From the NCBI RefSeq assembly GCF_006345805.1, contig NC_043006.1, positions 88,908,001 through 88,972,000 of the forward strand: a stretch of 64,000 bases of DNA. The letters are read 5' to 3'. Positions 12,501 to 24,700 of this stretch are shown here, one piece after another. Positions within the stretch are counted from its first letter, which is position 1; every line of letters begins with the position of its first letter. This stretch comes from Octopus sinensis. Taxonomy: Eukaryota. A program made the position numbers and the translations under genes. The notes under the pieces were generated by a model. That model was not told the origin of the DNA. It was given only the letters and a program-made list of their open reading frames with translations, and did not search any database.

Positions 12501-14017
12501 GTTCGAGCAGAATTCTTGAGGTGATTAGAAGCCGAAAGGGTATGCTCCCGACTTTCAGTGTTCCCAAATCCGATTCAAGGAATTCTGAGCTGAAGAAAGA
12601 AATGCCGAATTGACTAATCTAGAAACGTACGTTCTCAAATAACCTTTGCACTTGATTTTTTAATGTTTTTTCCCCCATACTTTTGTGAGTTAGTTTAGGC
12701 AAACACTATCTGAGAGAGATCTTCTTTAAGTATTAGAAATAGCTGAAGAAATTTCTTTAGCTGCTATTTCTAATGAGTTCAGTATGTGGCAAAGTAATTT
12801 ATTTTACTAAGCCCTATATATAATGTAATATTTTGAATTCGCCTATAATGGTCCCTTTACATACTGAATACTTGGTGAAATTGATTAATAATTAATTAAT
12901 TTTACCCTCAATTGTTGAAATTATAATTCATCTCTCTCTGCTAAATTCTGCGTTAATACATGGTGTTTGTCAATTTTAACCCACGCTGGTGGAAAGGGGA
13001 GAGCAGAAATTCTTCGCTTGCATATTCGAATTTGATAGCACTTTTAGTTCGAGCAGAATTCTAGAGGTGATTAGAAGCCGAAAGGGTATGCTCCCGACTT
13101 TCAGTGTTCCCAAATCCGATTCAAGGAATTCTGAGCTGAAGAAAGAAATGTCGAATTGACTAATCTAGAAACGTACGTTCTCAAATAACCTTTGCACTTG
13201 ATTTTTTAATGTTTTTTCCCCCATACTTTTGTGAGTTAGTTTAGGCAAACACTATCTGAGAGAGATCTTCTTTAAGTATTAGAAATAGCTGAAGAAATTT
13301 CTTTAGCTGCTATTTCTAATGAGTTCAGTATGTGGCAAAGTAATTTATTTTACTAAGCCCTTATATATAATGTAATATTTTGAATTCGCCTATAATGGTC
13401 CCTTTACATACTGAATACTTGGTGAAATTGATTAATAATTAATTAATTTTACCCTCAATTGTTGAAATTATAATTCATCTCTCTCTGCTAAATTCTGCGT
13501 TAATACATGGTGTTTGTCAATTTTAACCCACGCTGGTGGAAAGGGGAGAGCAGAAATTCTTCGCTTGCATATTCGAATTTGATAGCACTTTTAGTTCGAG
13601 CAGAATTCTAGAGGTGATTAGAAGCCGAAAGGGTATGCTCCCGACTTTCAGTGTTCCCAAATCCGATTCAAGGAATTCTGAGCTGAAGAAAGAAATGTCG
13701 AATTGACTAATCTAGAAACGTACGTTCTCAAATAACCTTTGCACTTGATTTTTTAATGTTTTTTCCCCCATACTTTTGTGAGTTAGTTTAGGCAAACACT
13801 ATCTGAGAGAGATCTTCTTTAAGTATTAGAAATAGCTGAAGAAATTTCTTTAGCTGCTATTTCTAATGAGTTCAGTATGTGGCAAAGTAATTTATTTTAC
13901 TAAGCCCTTATATATAATGTAATATTTTGAATTCGCCTATAATGGTCCCTTTACATACTGAATACTTGGTGAAATTGATTAATAATTAATTAATTTTACC
14001 CTCAATTGTTGAAATTA
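9521..14017. repeat. ~546-bp satellite: ~2.6 forward units (9521-10962) followed by ~5.6 inverted units (10981-14017)
   Basis: AAGGGC unit starts at 9528, 10075 and 10620; reverse-complement units recur every ~545 bp to 14017; (TA)n on both flanks. Confidence 0.95.
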
Positions 14018-14279
14018 TATATATATATATATATATATATAAATACGTATGTATGTATGTATGTATGTATGTATGTATGTATGTATGTATGCATGTATAT
14101 ATATATATGGGGGCGGTAAATTAAGCAGAAATCGACAACAGATTGGCTCTACCATCGATTATCATTTTTTAATACAAAACTTTAAAATAATAATCGATGG
14201 TAGTCAATCAAGATTTCTCAATTTTTTGCTTAATTTAAATTTCAACCCCGTCAAAGATTACAATAGAAACGTCGAACAA

Positions 14280-15480
14280 TGATTGAGGGCCCTCCTTTGG
14301 TTTGTCTACTCATCGTTCGATGTAACTATGGTGAGCTTTGATGGAGCTGAAATCGCCGACTTCGTCGGGTTATATAACTTCGATACTCTCAAGAGACGTA
14401 CCCAAACACATATGTTGGTCCTCTATAGGACGATGGCCTGCGGCGATGAACAGGTTCAGGAAGCACTTGATAAAAATATTTAAGGAGTTCGGCTTGTCCA
14501 GAACGGTTACCACCAACCTAACTACGGTCGATTTCTTGGACATAACCTTAGACCTCAGACTGGAAAGTATTACCCATACAGGAAGTCCGACGAGGATACA
14601 GTATACATCCACAAAATCTCAAATTATCACTCCGCTATAATTAGAAACGTGGTTCCAGGTATTAGTAAACGACTGTCTAATATCTCGGCCAATAGAGAGA
14701 TCTTTAACATGGTCACTCCCACTACAACAATGCTTCGGCTAGGCGCGAATTTATTGAAAAGCTCACATATCTGACCAACCCGAAATGCCCTCTCCTCACC
14801 CTAAAAGCATTGGGAGAAAGAAATTATATGGTATAAACCCCTTTTAACGTAGAAGTTTCCACCAACGTAGCTAGGGTCTTCCTGTCGTTAATTAAGAAAC
14901 ACTTCTCCAGAGGCCATAAGTATTACAAACTCTTCACCCCACTCCCCATAATGTCAAGGTGAGCTAATCCTGCTTAGACAACATCGCATCTAACATCGCA
15001 CGCATCAACAGACGTAAAATTGCACCCACACCACCTTAACCCCAACCTGCAACTTCCGAAACCCCACTATGTGCCCTCTAGAAGGATCTTGTCTCTCAAG
15101 GACCGTAGTATACAGAGCCTCCTTATACCATCCGATGGCATTACTAGGAACTATACGGGTATGACTGCTAACGACTTCAAGAGAAGATACTTCCAGCATG
15201 TGCACTCGTTCAGATCCAGGGACAGAGAGAATTCTATTTCCCTGTCTCGTTTTCTCTGGAGATTCCGTGATCTCCGAGATGAAATACCCAGCATAAAATG
15301 GACTATTGTCGACATGGCGCTACGATATTCACCCGGCGCCCCCAACTGCCAGCCCTGCCTCCGCGAAAATCTGAATATCTTCCATCAACCTGCAGTATCC
15401 ATCGACAAGAAATACGATTTATCGTATTGCTCTCACCAGAGATATGCTCTTCAGGGACATTTCAGGCCGCTGACTGCCAT
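14280..15480 (+). mobile_element. Decayed Penelope-like element (RT C-terminal half plus GIY-YIG endonuclease)
   Basis: FDVTMVSFDGAEIADFVGLY, LYRTM(A) (degenerate YRDD), VDFLDITLDL, and NYTGMTANDFKRRYFQHVHSFR...IKWTIV...CQPCLRE; many frameshifts. Confidence 0.85.
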
Positions 15481-16210
15481 CAACCCGGATATACCACCTC
15501 AGCACCAGCTGCTACTCTACACCGCCTGCACCAACGTCACCGCTACCAACCAACCCTATGAGCAGGACTATCATTTACCAATCCCCAACGTTTACCAACC
15601 CCCAACGAATACAAGTCCCCAACGCTTCCCAATCCCCAACGCTTATTTTGCGCGTGTATACTCGCGCACGTGCGCTTGTGAATGCACATATGCACGAACA
15701 CACTGGTATGAATGAACACTCTGGTATGCATGCGTACATGCATGCGAATATACATATGCAAATATGAATGAATACGCCGCATGTGTGTGTATGAGTGTAA
15801 GTGTGCATGTGTGTGTATGCGTGTGTATGTTTGTGCGCATGCGTGCGAATATGCTCGTCCAAGTGTGTGTGCATATGTGTGTGCTGACGTGCGCGTGCGC
15901 ACCCATTTACAGATGCTCTCAATCGCATCGATATACACATGTGCTCAAAACTATATGGGTGCGTCTCACACCTACATATAGAACTCTATACTTGCACATG
16001 CTGCCCCTTCCTATTTCCACCCGAACAACCTGACCGATTTCTAATCCCCATGTGCTCTATTTCCTGTTCTCCACGTGGCAAATTCCCTGTTCGCCATGCG
16101 GTATTTTCTAACTAATTGTTGCGCATGAACCATCATCAAACCACGACACAGCGTGACCTTCCTCGACCAATCGCAGTCCACGGTATTAACAACCAACTTC
16201 TTTCATTCAA

Positions 16211-16265
16211 ATTCAAAATGGCTGACGACTAGAATCACGCTTGAAACTCAAGAGTACCAACGAAT
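16211..16265 (+). ncRNA. Degenerate type I hammerhead ribozyme downstream of the PLE
   Basis: CTGACGA (16222-16228), GAAAC (16243-16247), stem III ACTC-AA-GAGT, GTA site at 16254-16256, stem I TGG/CCA plus ATTC/GAAT; stem II poorly paired. Confidence 0.4.
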
Positions 16266-16282
16266 ATGAATCAAACGTTGAT

Positions 16283-16319
<37 letters not shown>

Positions 16320-16979
16320 AATTCAAGGAGGTTATCTACATTAATCATCAGTCATATGAGTGAAAGATATGTTTCTGCCAGTTCCATTTATATATTTGGC
16401 TCCAATTATACAACACCACCATAGACAAATTTTTATACTCATAAAGGACTACTACCAAATTCGTTGGGGTATGTTTTACCTTTGTCTCTCTACCTCTCCC
16501 TCCTCTCTCTCCCCCTCTCTATCGTAAGCACAATCAAACACAGAGACACAAACCTTTCACTTCACCACTAGTTGTTTTTGGCATCTACCCAACCACACAC
16601 ACAATCACGCACACACATACACACACACAGACACGAATGCAGTTATATACATACACACACATAGGCACTCAATCTCATTAACAAAAGCAAACAACAACAC
16701 ATCACCATTCATATGACTTGCACCCTGTCACCTTCCTATTCTTAGATCTCTCCCCTTCCAACCTTGTTTGAACTCTTGAACTTTCTAGAATCTTCTACAT
16801 TCAACCATTTTTGACGTCACTGCTTATAACGGAATATTTTAAAGAAACACTCATTATCGCTATGGACTCCGTGTGGGCAGTCATCTAAAAGGTTTTGTTC
16901 ATCATGATGCTGACATAAGTTCCTTGTCTTTCTTGATGAGAAGGCGGCATAATGCCTGTCGTATATATACGTACGTGTG

Positions 16980-17222
16980 TGTGTGTGTGTGTGTGTGTGT
17001 GCGGGCGCGTGTCTCTGCCTGTGTTTGTCCTTCACCACTGCTTGACAAGCGGTGTTGGTATGTTTCCGTCCCTGTACCTAGCGGTTCGGCAAAGAGACCG
17101 ATAGAATAAGTACTAGGCTTTAAAATAGTAAGTTCTAGAGTCGATTTGTTCGACTAAAACCCTTCAAGACGATGCACCAGCATCGCCACAGTCAAATGAC
17201 TGAAACAGGTAAAAGATTAAAG
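16980..17222 (+). mobile_element. SINE family 1, 3' half
   Basis: (GT)n, GGTTCGGCAAAGAGACCGATAGAATAAGTAC, GTCGATTTGTTCGACTAAA, CAGTCAAATGACTGAAAC tail. Confidence 0.8.
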
Positions 17223-17509
17223 ATAGCTGAAGGCAAGCAGGACTTCGCATAAGCTACATACAGCAATCACAAAATTACTCTGCAAACATGTGGGGGACGT
17301 GAACTCTGTGGCCTGACATGCTAGACATAACTTAGATCACACCCTACCGATTTTAAAATAGGATACATTCGATAATATGGCAACTAATGTGCAAAGACGG
17401 TATGGTTATGATTGGAAAAGCCTTCGATCTAGATACACACGATCAGAGTTGGGCTAGAGTTAAACAACAAGAACGAAAAATGGACGCGAGAAGTTTCCCA
17501 ACACATTAT

Positions 17510-17950
17510 TAGATCACATGTAACATTCGCAGATGATCTGGTACGTATACCTGATATCTAGGTGAACTGAGGTAATGCATTCCTACATGATCTGGTATTT
17601 GTAACTCACAACTTAATGAATGGCGACAATGTAAAATGTTCATATATCACAGGAAACATTCCCAGGTGGTCTGGTGCCTATCCCTAAAATGTAGGTGAAC
17701 TGGGGTAATGTTAATATTCCACAAGGAACATTCTCAGATGATCTGGTATCTATTATTGACAAGAAAGGAACTGAGATAATGTAGAATTTTGGTCTATCAT
17801 AGATTACATTAACTGATGAATTGGTACCTATTATTGATAGCTAAGTGAAATTAGACAATGTAGAATGCTGGTCTCATAGCTAATCTCATAGCTAATCTGG
17901 TACCTATGAACATTAACAGTTAAAAGAGAGTTGAGATTACATAGAACATA
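17510..17950. repeat. Degenerate ~55-80-bp tandem repeat
   Basis: An ATCTGGTAC-like motif recurs near 17537, 17590, 17669, 17741, 17820 and 17897 with similar flanks. Confidence 0.5.
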
Positions 17951-18151
17951 CTGAAGTTCACTCAGTAACATGAACAACTATGAGGACGTATCCAACAGTT
18001 GATATTTGTATGTGTATGTGTGTGTGTGTGTACCTGCGTTTATGTGTGCTGTCATGGGAACTGTGTAGATAGACGTTAAACAAGGTAAATTTTATTAACA
18101 CGCGGAAGGAGATTTATAAGATATAATAAATTGTATTCAGTTACTCTTTCT

Positions 18152-18191
<40 letters not shown>

Positions 18192-19205
18192 GAAATAACG
18201 ATTGTCCTCAATGACGCTTGTTATTAGAAATAGAGGAAACGCGATAAAGATAGTCGTCAGTGGTCCTTCTGGTAGCGAGAGAGAGAATGTGTAATAACGA
18301 TTGACCACAATGGTGCTTATTACTAGACATAAATATCCGATAAATATCGATAATATTCTGATCAAATCAAGCAATTCACAACATCAAAGAATGTTCCTAG
18401 GTGTATATTATCATGACCATGTGCTTTCTACACACACACAAAACAATCCACACACACATACACAAACACACACACACACATATATAAACAAACACACGCG
18501 CGTGCACATAAATTTGTATATATGTAGCGTGTGTTGTTATTTATCCATAGGCGAATAATGATTGAACAAACCTATGATTAAAGACGATCAAGCAACTATT
18601 AACCTGTCTTCTATTCAAGCAATGCGTTTTACACTGCTCTGTCCAGCGACTGTTTTTTTTTTAAACAGAATGGTGTGATTCGATGAAATTTAGCACCAAT
18701 TACTAGCAGGTCGAGTGACCGTTAAGATCCCTACTATACGATAACATATAAATGCACGTGTGCTATATTCTTTGAGATGGTATGGGTACGTATGCGTTTG
18801 CCATTGAGAAAATGTGTGTATTTAATTAAATTCCTTCACCATTTCTAGCTTCTTGGGCAAAATACGAAGCGAGTTAGAGTCTGTGACAGCAATAGTTAGA
18901 CTAGAGGTAAGTTCCTTATATTACCAAATTCGAAAAATATATTCAGAATGGGGGTAAAGGCATACTAGAATTACGAAAAGCAAATGCCTCTGTATATTTT
19001 AATTTGATATACACTTACTCACAGACATGTCCTTGTTTGTTTGTGTGTGTGTGTGTGTGTCAAATTAAAAGCAGAAAACAGGAAAGAGTCACAAAAGTCA
19101 ATTAGACATACACAGTGGAAATATTAAATTGACGCTCAGGAATTTCAGATAGAAAACTAGGAGAGAATATATATATATATGTATGTATGTATATATGTGT
19201 GTATG

Positions 19206-19254
<49 letters not shown>

Positions 19255-19434
19255 ATACATACAAAATTGAGAGGAATGACCACTAAAGTGGACTCCTAAT
19301 ATGCTAAATATAGACGTCAAATCGCCATTACCACGAAGAGCGTATTCTCAAGAAAAATAATTCAGCAAAACGCCAAAATGTAAAAATGAGCAAGACAAAT
19401 GAAAATATACGAAATAAAAAACGATTTTAGGATT

Positions 19435-19726
19435 AATAAATCTCCGAACGAGATGTAAACAGTAACCGCTCGACAACGTAAAGTGTACTAGCCATCTCAA
19501 TGTGGCTAGCCACTGGGGGTGGGTGTTACTGAAGCTTTTAGCCCCAGGAGATCATCGTCTCCAGCTGGCTTTAGACACACTTTCTGTGCCCTTCTGATAT
19601 TCGCAATGGGAGGTCATCCCCTCTCGAAAACCTAAGTGATACGCACGGACTATAGTTTCGAGGTTTTTGCCTCTCGTCAACGTACGGTAATCACCGGTTT
19701 TCGATTGGAGAGACCTGTTTGCGAAT
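19435..19726 (-). mobile_element. Hammerhead-repeat family A, inverted arm containing the empty Tx1 target site
   Basis: 19478-19709 is the reverse complement of 27049-27280 (4 mismatches in ~232 nt); empty site CAGGTCTC|TCCAATCGAAAACCG|GTGATT on the minus strand. Confidence 0.9.
19635..19695 (-). ncRNA. Type I hammerhead ribozyme (family A)
   Basis: Minus strand: CGTACG-TTGACGA-GAGG(CAAAAA)CCTC-GAAAC-TATA-GTC^CGTGCG; predicted cleavage between 19648 and 19647. Confidence 0.85.
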
Positions 19727-19934
19727 AAGCCAGCTGGAGACGATGATCTCCTGGGGCTAAAAGCTTCAGTAACACCCACCCACTGTGGCTAGCCACATTG
19801 AGATGGCTAGTACACTTTATGTTGTCGAGTGGTTACTGTTTACATCTCGTTCGGAGATTTATTAATGCTTTCAGACAGTTTTTCGAAATCAGTGACAGTA
19901 GTTGCTGGGAAAAACATTAAATAAATATTCGCAA
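19727..19934 (+). mobile_element. Hammerhead-repeat family A, forward arm upstream of the Tx1 insertion
   Basis: 19727-19821 is directly repeated at 27187-27281. The arm ends in ATTCGCAA, the sequence that lies 9 nt upstream of the target 15-mer in the empty copy. Confidence 0.75.
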
Positions 19935-20437
19935 CCGCCGCTTTTTGAATTTTTCCTCGGAGTATATCAAATATTTTTCTGTTGCTGCAAATCGTTGTGT
20001 GAGTTCGTTTCCGTTTGTCTACTTTGTTGTGTTACACGTATAATACTTGTTGAACTGTTTTTGACCCAGTAATTTTCGCCCTTCGGTGTAGAAATATTTC
20101 TGTGTGTGTGTGTTTTTTTTTGTGTGAACTCTTAACCTGTATAGGTTATTTTTGAAAAAATTCCCTTGTCATTTGTGACAAGTTTGTGTTGTCTAATATG
20201 GAATTAGACTTAAGTTCAAAAAAAGACTTTCCCGAGATGGGAGAAAGTACCCGAGATGGGAGAAAGTACAACAACTGTTAAACAAACGGAAACACAGGCA
20301 AAACCCAGTTTTTCAGACGCCGTAGGTGGCGAAGTGGAAGAAATTGAGGTGTCAATGGAAAGACTATTTAAGTTCAGACCGCTTGTGCAAAAAAGTGGTG
20401 AAGAAAAACGATTGGTACCGAGGCAATAAGGGGAAAA

Positions 20438-21706
20438 ATGGTCACCTATAAGGTGTACAATATAAAAGAAAAACGAATGACCGACGTAAAAAACGAAATG
20501 GTCGAAAAGTGTATGGCACCAATATGGAGCAAAGTTCGTCATGTCAACCGAGGTGCAAGAAGCGCTACAGTGGAGGCGCATTTCGAGGCGGCGGAAGAAG
20601 CAAGGCAAATTTCGACGCAAACGTTGAAAAACGAGAACATAATACTACTACCCTTATATTTGGGGTGCAGAATAGCAAAAGTGACACTGGAAGATATACT
20701 AAGGGGCTACGACGTGATGTGGGCGGCAACAGCGGTCATTTTTGATGTTGAATCAAAATTGACAATTTTTAGTATGAAGAGGAAAATAGCAAAACACTGG
20801 AGAGGCCAGCAGCTGGAGATGATTATCCAGGCGGAAAATGCGACGCTGGAAAGCCTACCAGACAGAGTCTTCGTGGGGGAGGGGCACTCCATACGAGTTT
20901 CGGTGGAAGGACGCAGGCCCAGATGTTTTAAGTGCGGGCAAAAGGGCCACGTTCGCTCCGTTTGCACAAAGAAAAATAATACGGGCAACGCCCCCCCCCC
21001 TCAAAACGCTGTGAAGAACGCAGAAAGCAGCAAAGTGGAGAACAAAGTAACGACTGGCGAAAGCAAGGAGGAAAAAAAAAACAGGTCGAACTCCAAAAAG
21101 GAGGAAGACAAGAACGGAATGCAAAATGAGAAAGGAAAGGAGGAAATTAATACAACAAAAACAAATATACAAGAAGAGATGGAATTCACGAACGTGCCGA
21201 ACAAAAGAAAAAAATCCATCACCCCTGACTCCCCATCCGTAACAAAAAAAAACAACGCAGACGAACAAATTAAAAATATCCTCCAATCCCACCCCGGCGA
21301 TACTACATTTATAGGCCAGCACTCTAACAAACCCCACCCCCCAACTGTAAAAGGGTTTAAACCCAATGAAAAATGTATAGCATACACCACAAGGAACGAG
21401 AGAGTAGTAAAATTTGTGCAAGCAAGTACGCAGATCAGTTGCTACAAAGCGACCGAAAAGGAAGCGGAGTGGCGATATGCAAGGGTCGGCGAAGAAGGAT
21501 GGAAAGGAAAAAACTTACAAGACCACGTAAAAGCCGGCTTCAGTAAGGATGTCACCCAGGAGGTGACAACTGGGAAATTATACGTCAGCCCGGCAGCCAC
21601 ACCAACCCAGGGCCCGGTGGCAACGCCGGTGAAACGCCCAGCAGCAACGGCGAGTGTGGGGGAGACAGGCAGAAGGAATCTGTCAGGCTCCCTCTCGCAA
21701 CCGTGA
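20438..21706 (+). CDS. T1 ORF1, gag-like nucleic-acid-binding protein (true start probably ~20198, broken by frameshifts)
   Basis: VEGRRPRCFKCGQKGHVRSVC (CX2CX4HX4C) and a basic/acidic low-complexity tail; homologous to the 25560 and 55329 ORF1s. Confidence 0.8.
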   Translation: MVTYKVYNIKEKRMTDVKNEMVEKCMAPIWSKVRHVNRGARSATVEAHFEAAEEARQISTQTLKNENIILLPLYLGCRIAKVTLEDILRGYDVMWAATAVIFDVESKLTIFSMKRKIAKHWRGQQLEMIIQAENATLESLPDRVFVGEGHSIRVSVEGRRPRCFKCGQKGHVRSVCTKKNNTGNAPPPQNAVKNAESSKVENKVTTGESKEEKKNRSNSKKEEDKNGMQNEKGKEEINTTKTNIQEEMEFTNVPNKRKKSITPDSPSVTKKNNADEQIKNILQSHPGDTTFIGQHSNKPHPPTVKGFKPNEKCIAYTTRNERVVKFVQASTQISCYKATEKEAEWRYARVGEEGWKGKNLQDHVKAGFSKDVTQEVTTGKLYVSPAATPTQGPVATPVKRPAATASVGETGRRNLSGSLSQP

Positions 21707-21728
21707 GTAAATAATTTTCTTTTTTTCG

Positions 21729-24700
21729 ATGATTAAGTTAGGTTGTATAAATGTGCGTGGAATGGCGTCGAAATGGAAACAGGCTTGTTTTCGGGACGAC
21801 CTCATTTCACATAGAATCGATGTAGCTATTGTTACCGAGTCCAAGATGAAAGGACCCCAAGCGTTCTCACCACTTCTTAATGGTTACGAGAAATTTATTT
21901 CTCCTAGCCGGGAGGGAGGTGCAGGCGTGGCAGTTCTTTTCAGGAAGAACTTGGACTTACAGGTAAGTACTGTCTTTCTGGACCCAGAAGGTAGGCTGGT
22001 TATCCTAGATGTGACGCACGTGAGTAAGCAGTCCTTCAGGTTGGTGGCTGTCTACGCTCCTAATGGACGTGGGCAGACCGGTTTTTTTCGGGAACTGGAG
22101 CACTTTCTAGTGACGTCCAAAACGGTAGTCTTGGTAGGGAATTTCAACACCATTCTCGATGCGCAGGTGGATGGTGTAGGCTCGAGCGATAGGAAGGGGA
22201 ATCCTGGCCTCAAGGCTCTACTAGCGAGCTTTAATCTAGTAAACCGTTTTCGACTGGATGAGCCGAACGTTCCACAGTGGACGTGGAGTAATAACGACGG
22301 CTCACGCAGATCGTACATAGATAGAGTATTTTGTTAAGGAACGAGATAGGAATAGTGTTAGCTGTCCACAATTCTCTGTTGTGCCTTACTCTGTTGTGCC
22401 TCTGTTGTGTCACAAACTTGTGACGTGTGAGGTACAGGTAGATAAATGCCATAGACAAGGTTCCGAGTACTGGAAAATGAACAAGTCTATTTTGACTTGT
22501 GAAGCTTTCCGTACCCGGATTAAGGAATTAGTACAGAGGGCATTATGTGGCACCATAATTAATAATAGATGGTGGCTCGCCCTCAAAAGAGCCATCTGTT
22601 TGGAGTCCATTAGATTTAGCAAGCCGCTAAGTTTAGATAGGACTAGAATAGAGGGCGAATTAGTTAAGAACTTAGACGAGGCTATGGAATCTGGCTGTGC
22701 ATCCGGAGTGTTGGCAGCGAGAGCGGTATTGTACCGTCACCTCAACGCCAAGCACGAGGGGTGTAGAGTCAGAGCTAAGTTACGAGAAGGTATTAACGTT
22801 GCTGGATGGACCCATCGTGAGGAGAGTCAGAAGGGCAAAAAGTCCTGTATTATGTCCTTAACTGACGAGCAGGACCGCAAGATCTATGGACAGGAGGAGA
22901 TGCAGAAGGTCCTTCACCAGCATTTCGCACGGCTGTTTGGGGACGGTGGTCCGCTCGAGCGTAGGGAGACCTTAAAGGACTTCCTAGCTGGTGGGCCTCG
23001 GCTCTCGGCAGGTGAGGCGGAGTGCTGTGAAGGATCGATCTCTCCCGCGGAGGTAAGAGGGGTTATGTGCGCCGGGGAAAAGTCGTCGGGATTGGATGGT
23101 CTGCCCTATGAATTTTATTGTTGTATGCCGGACTTGTTCGGGGACATACTGGCAAGCGTCTATGCAAACTGGCAATAGAATGGGAGGATTCCCAGCTCTG
23201 TGAGTCGGGGAGTTGTGACGCTTGTCCAGAAAGACCCGAGCAAGGGGGACAGTATTAGTAATTATAGGCCCATAACTCTACTTAATGTAAAGTTTAAGAT
23301 TTTGGCCAAGGTGTTAGCAAAAAGGCTGACGGCTGTCGTGGAGAAACTTGTCGGGAAGGCACAGACATGTGCTATCCCAGGCAGGTCGATCCAGGATAAT
23401 CTTCACCTTCTCCGCTACACTATAGATAGGGTCGGGAAATTAGACGGCAAAGGAGGGGCATTGGTCCATTTAGACCAAAGTAAAGCGTTTGATCGGGTAG
23501 ACCATCGGTACTTGGCGGCGGTCCTCGAAGCGGCTGGGCTGGGCTCTGGCTTCTGCGGGTGGATCTCAGCTATGTACAGCGGCATCAAGTCCACAGTCCA
23601 GATAAACGGTTACCTAACGGAGCCGTTTTCGATCAAGCGTTCAGTTCGTCAAGGGTGCCCCTTGTCCCCGCTCCTGTATGTTTTGGCTCTTGAGCCATTG
23701 CTGCGGAAGCTGGAGAAGTTGGGACGCAACCCTAATGAAATCGGATGCGGTAAGTCTATTTCTGCCTATGCGGATGACGTCACCCTCATCGTGTCCAACG
23801 GAACACAGCTACCTCGGGCAGCAGGTGCTCTCCATAGATACGAAGCGGTGGCAGGGGCAAAAGTTAACAGGGACAAGTCCATCGGTTTGCGCCTCGGCAC
23901 CTGGAGGAACAAGCCGATACCGTCCAGTGTTGTTGGACACTGGACGGATGGTTCTGTTAAATTGCTCGGAGTCTGGTTTGGTCCAGACTCCCAGACGGAG
24001 AAGAATTGGAGCGAGGTAACGAGCAAGGTGGATGCCATAGTACGGAAGTGGTCCGGAAGGCATCTTTCCTTGAAAGGGAGGGCGGAGGTGGCACAGATGT
24101 TTATAGCCTCTGTCGTCACCTACCACCTGACCGTCGTGCCTTGCCCCGATTCGTGGTTAAACAAGTTGGAACGACTCCTTTTCCGCTTTTTGTGGAAAGG
24201 AGGAAAGCCACTTGTGAGACGCTCCTTGTGTTGCCAGGAACAGCTAAAGGGTGGACTGGGGATGCCTTGGCTAATGATGCGCAAGCATGCGTTGAGGCTG
24301 AGACACCTGGTGTTACCTGGAGGATGATAAGGTGTGGAGTTCGCTGGCAGAGGAATCCTTCCCGCGAAGGATTTATGGAGGGATTTACACCCGGTCTCAT
24401 TAAAGGACGTAACCTGACTTCATGGCAGAAGGAGTGCCGACAGGCACTCTGGCTGATCCACAAGATGGGCAAGGCCGGCAGCGGGAATACCACCTCGGTG
24501 TTCTATAAATAGCTGGTAGAAGGAAAAAATGACGACGTCCTAGGAAGGGCTTTGGGGTTCGATGAAGATCAACTCTCCAACCTGTTTAAGAAGACTTTCA
24601 GGTCGGGGTATTTGGATAATTACCCAAAATCCCTGACCTGGCAGTGCTATAGGAATGCATTACCTGTTCGCGAGAAGTTATCCTGGCACGGAATGTCAGT

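Noticed and set aside
9521-14017. CRISPR-like array or ribozyme within the satellite
   Set aside because: Units are near-identical without unique spacers, the context is eukaryotic, and CTGAAGA occurrences lack the rest of the hammerhead.
19432-19865. Reading as a TA-flanked MITE with 138-bp TIRs
   Set aside because: Better explained as an inverted plus forward arm of the hammerhead monomer. The forward arm continues in register to the Tx1 target and is directly repeated at 27187. Not fully excluded.
19435-19865. snRNA, snoRNA, RNase MRP/P or telomerase RNA as the Tx1 target
   Set aside because: No recognisable U1, U2, U3, U6 or MRP motifs, and no CCCTAA template, by eye.
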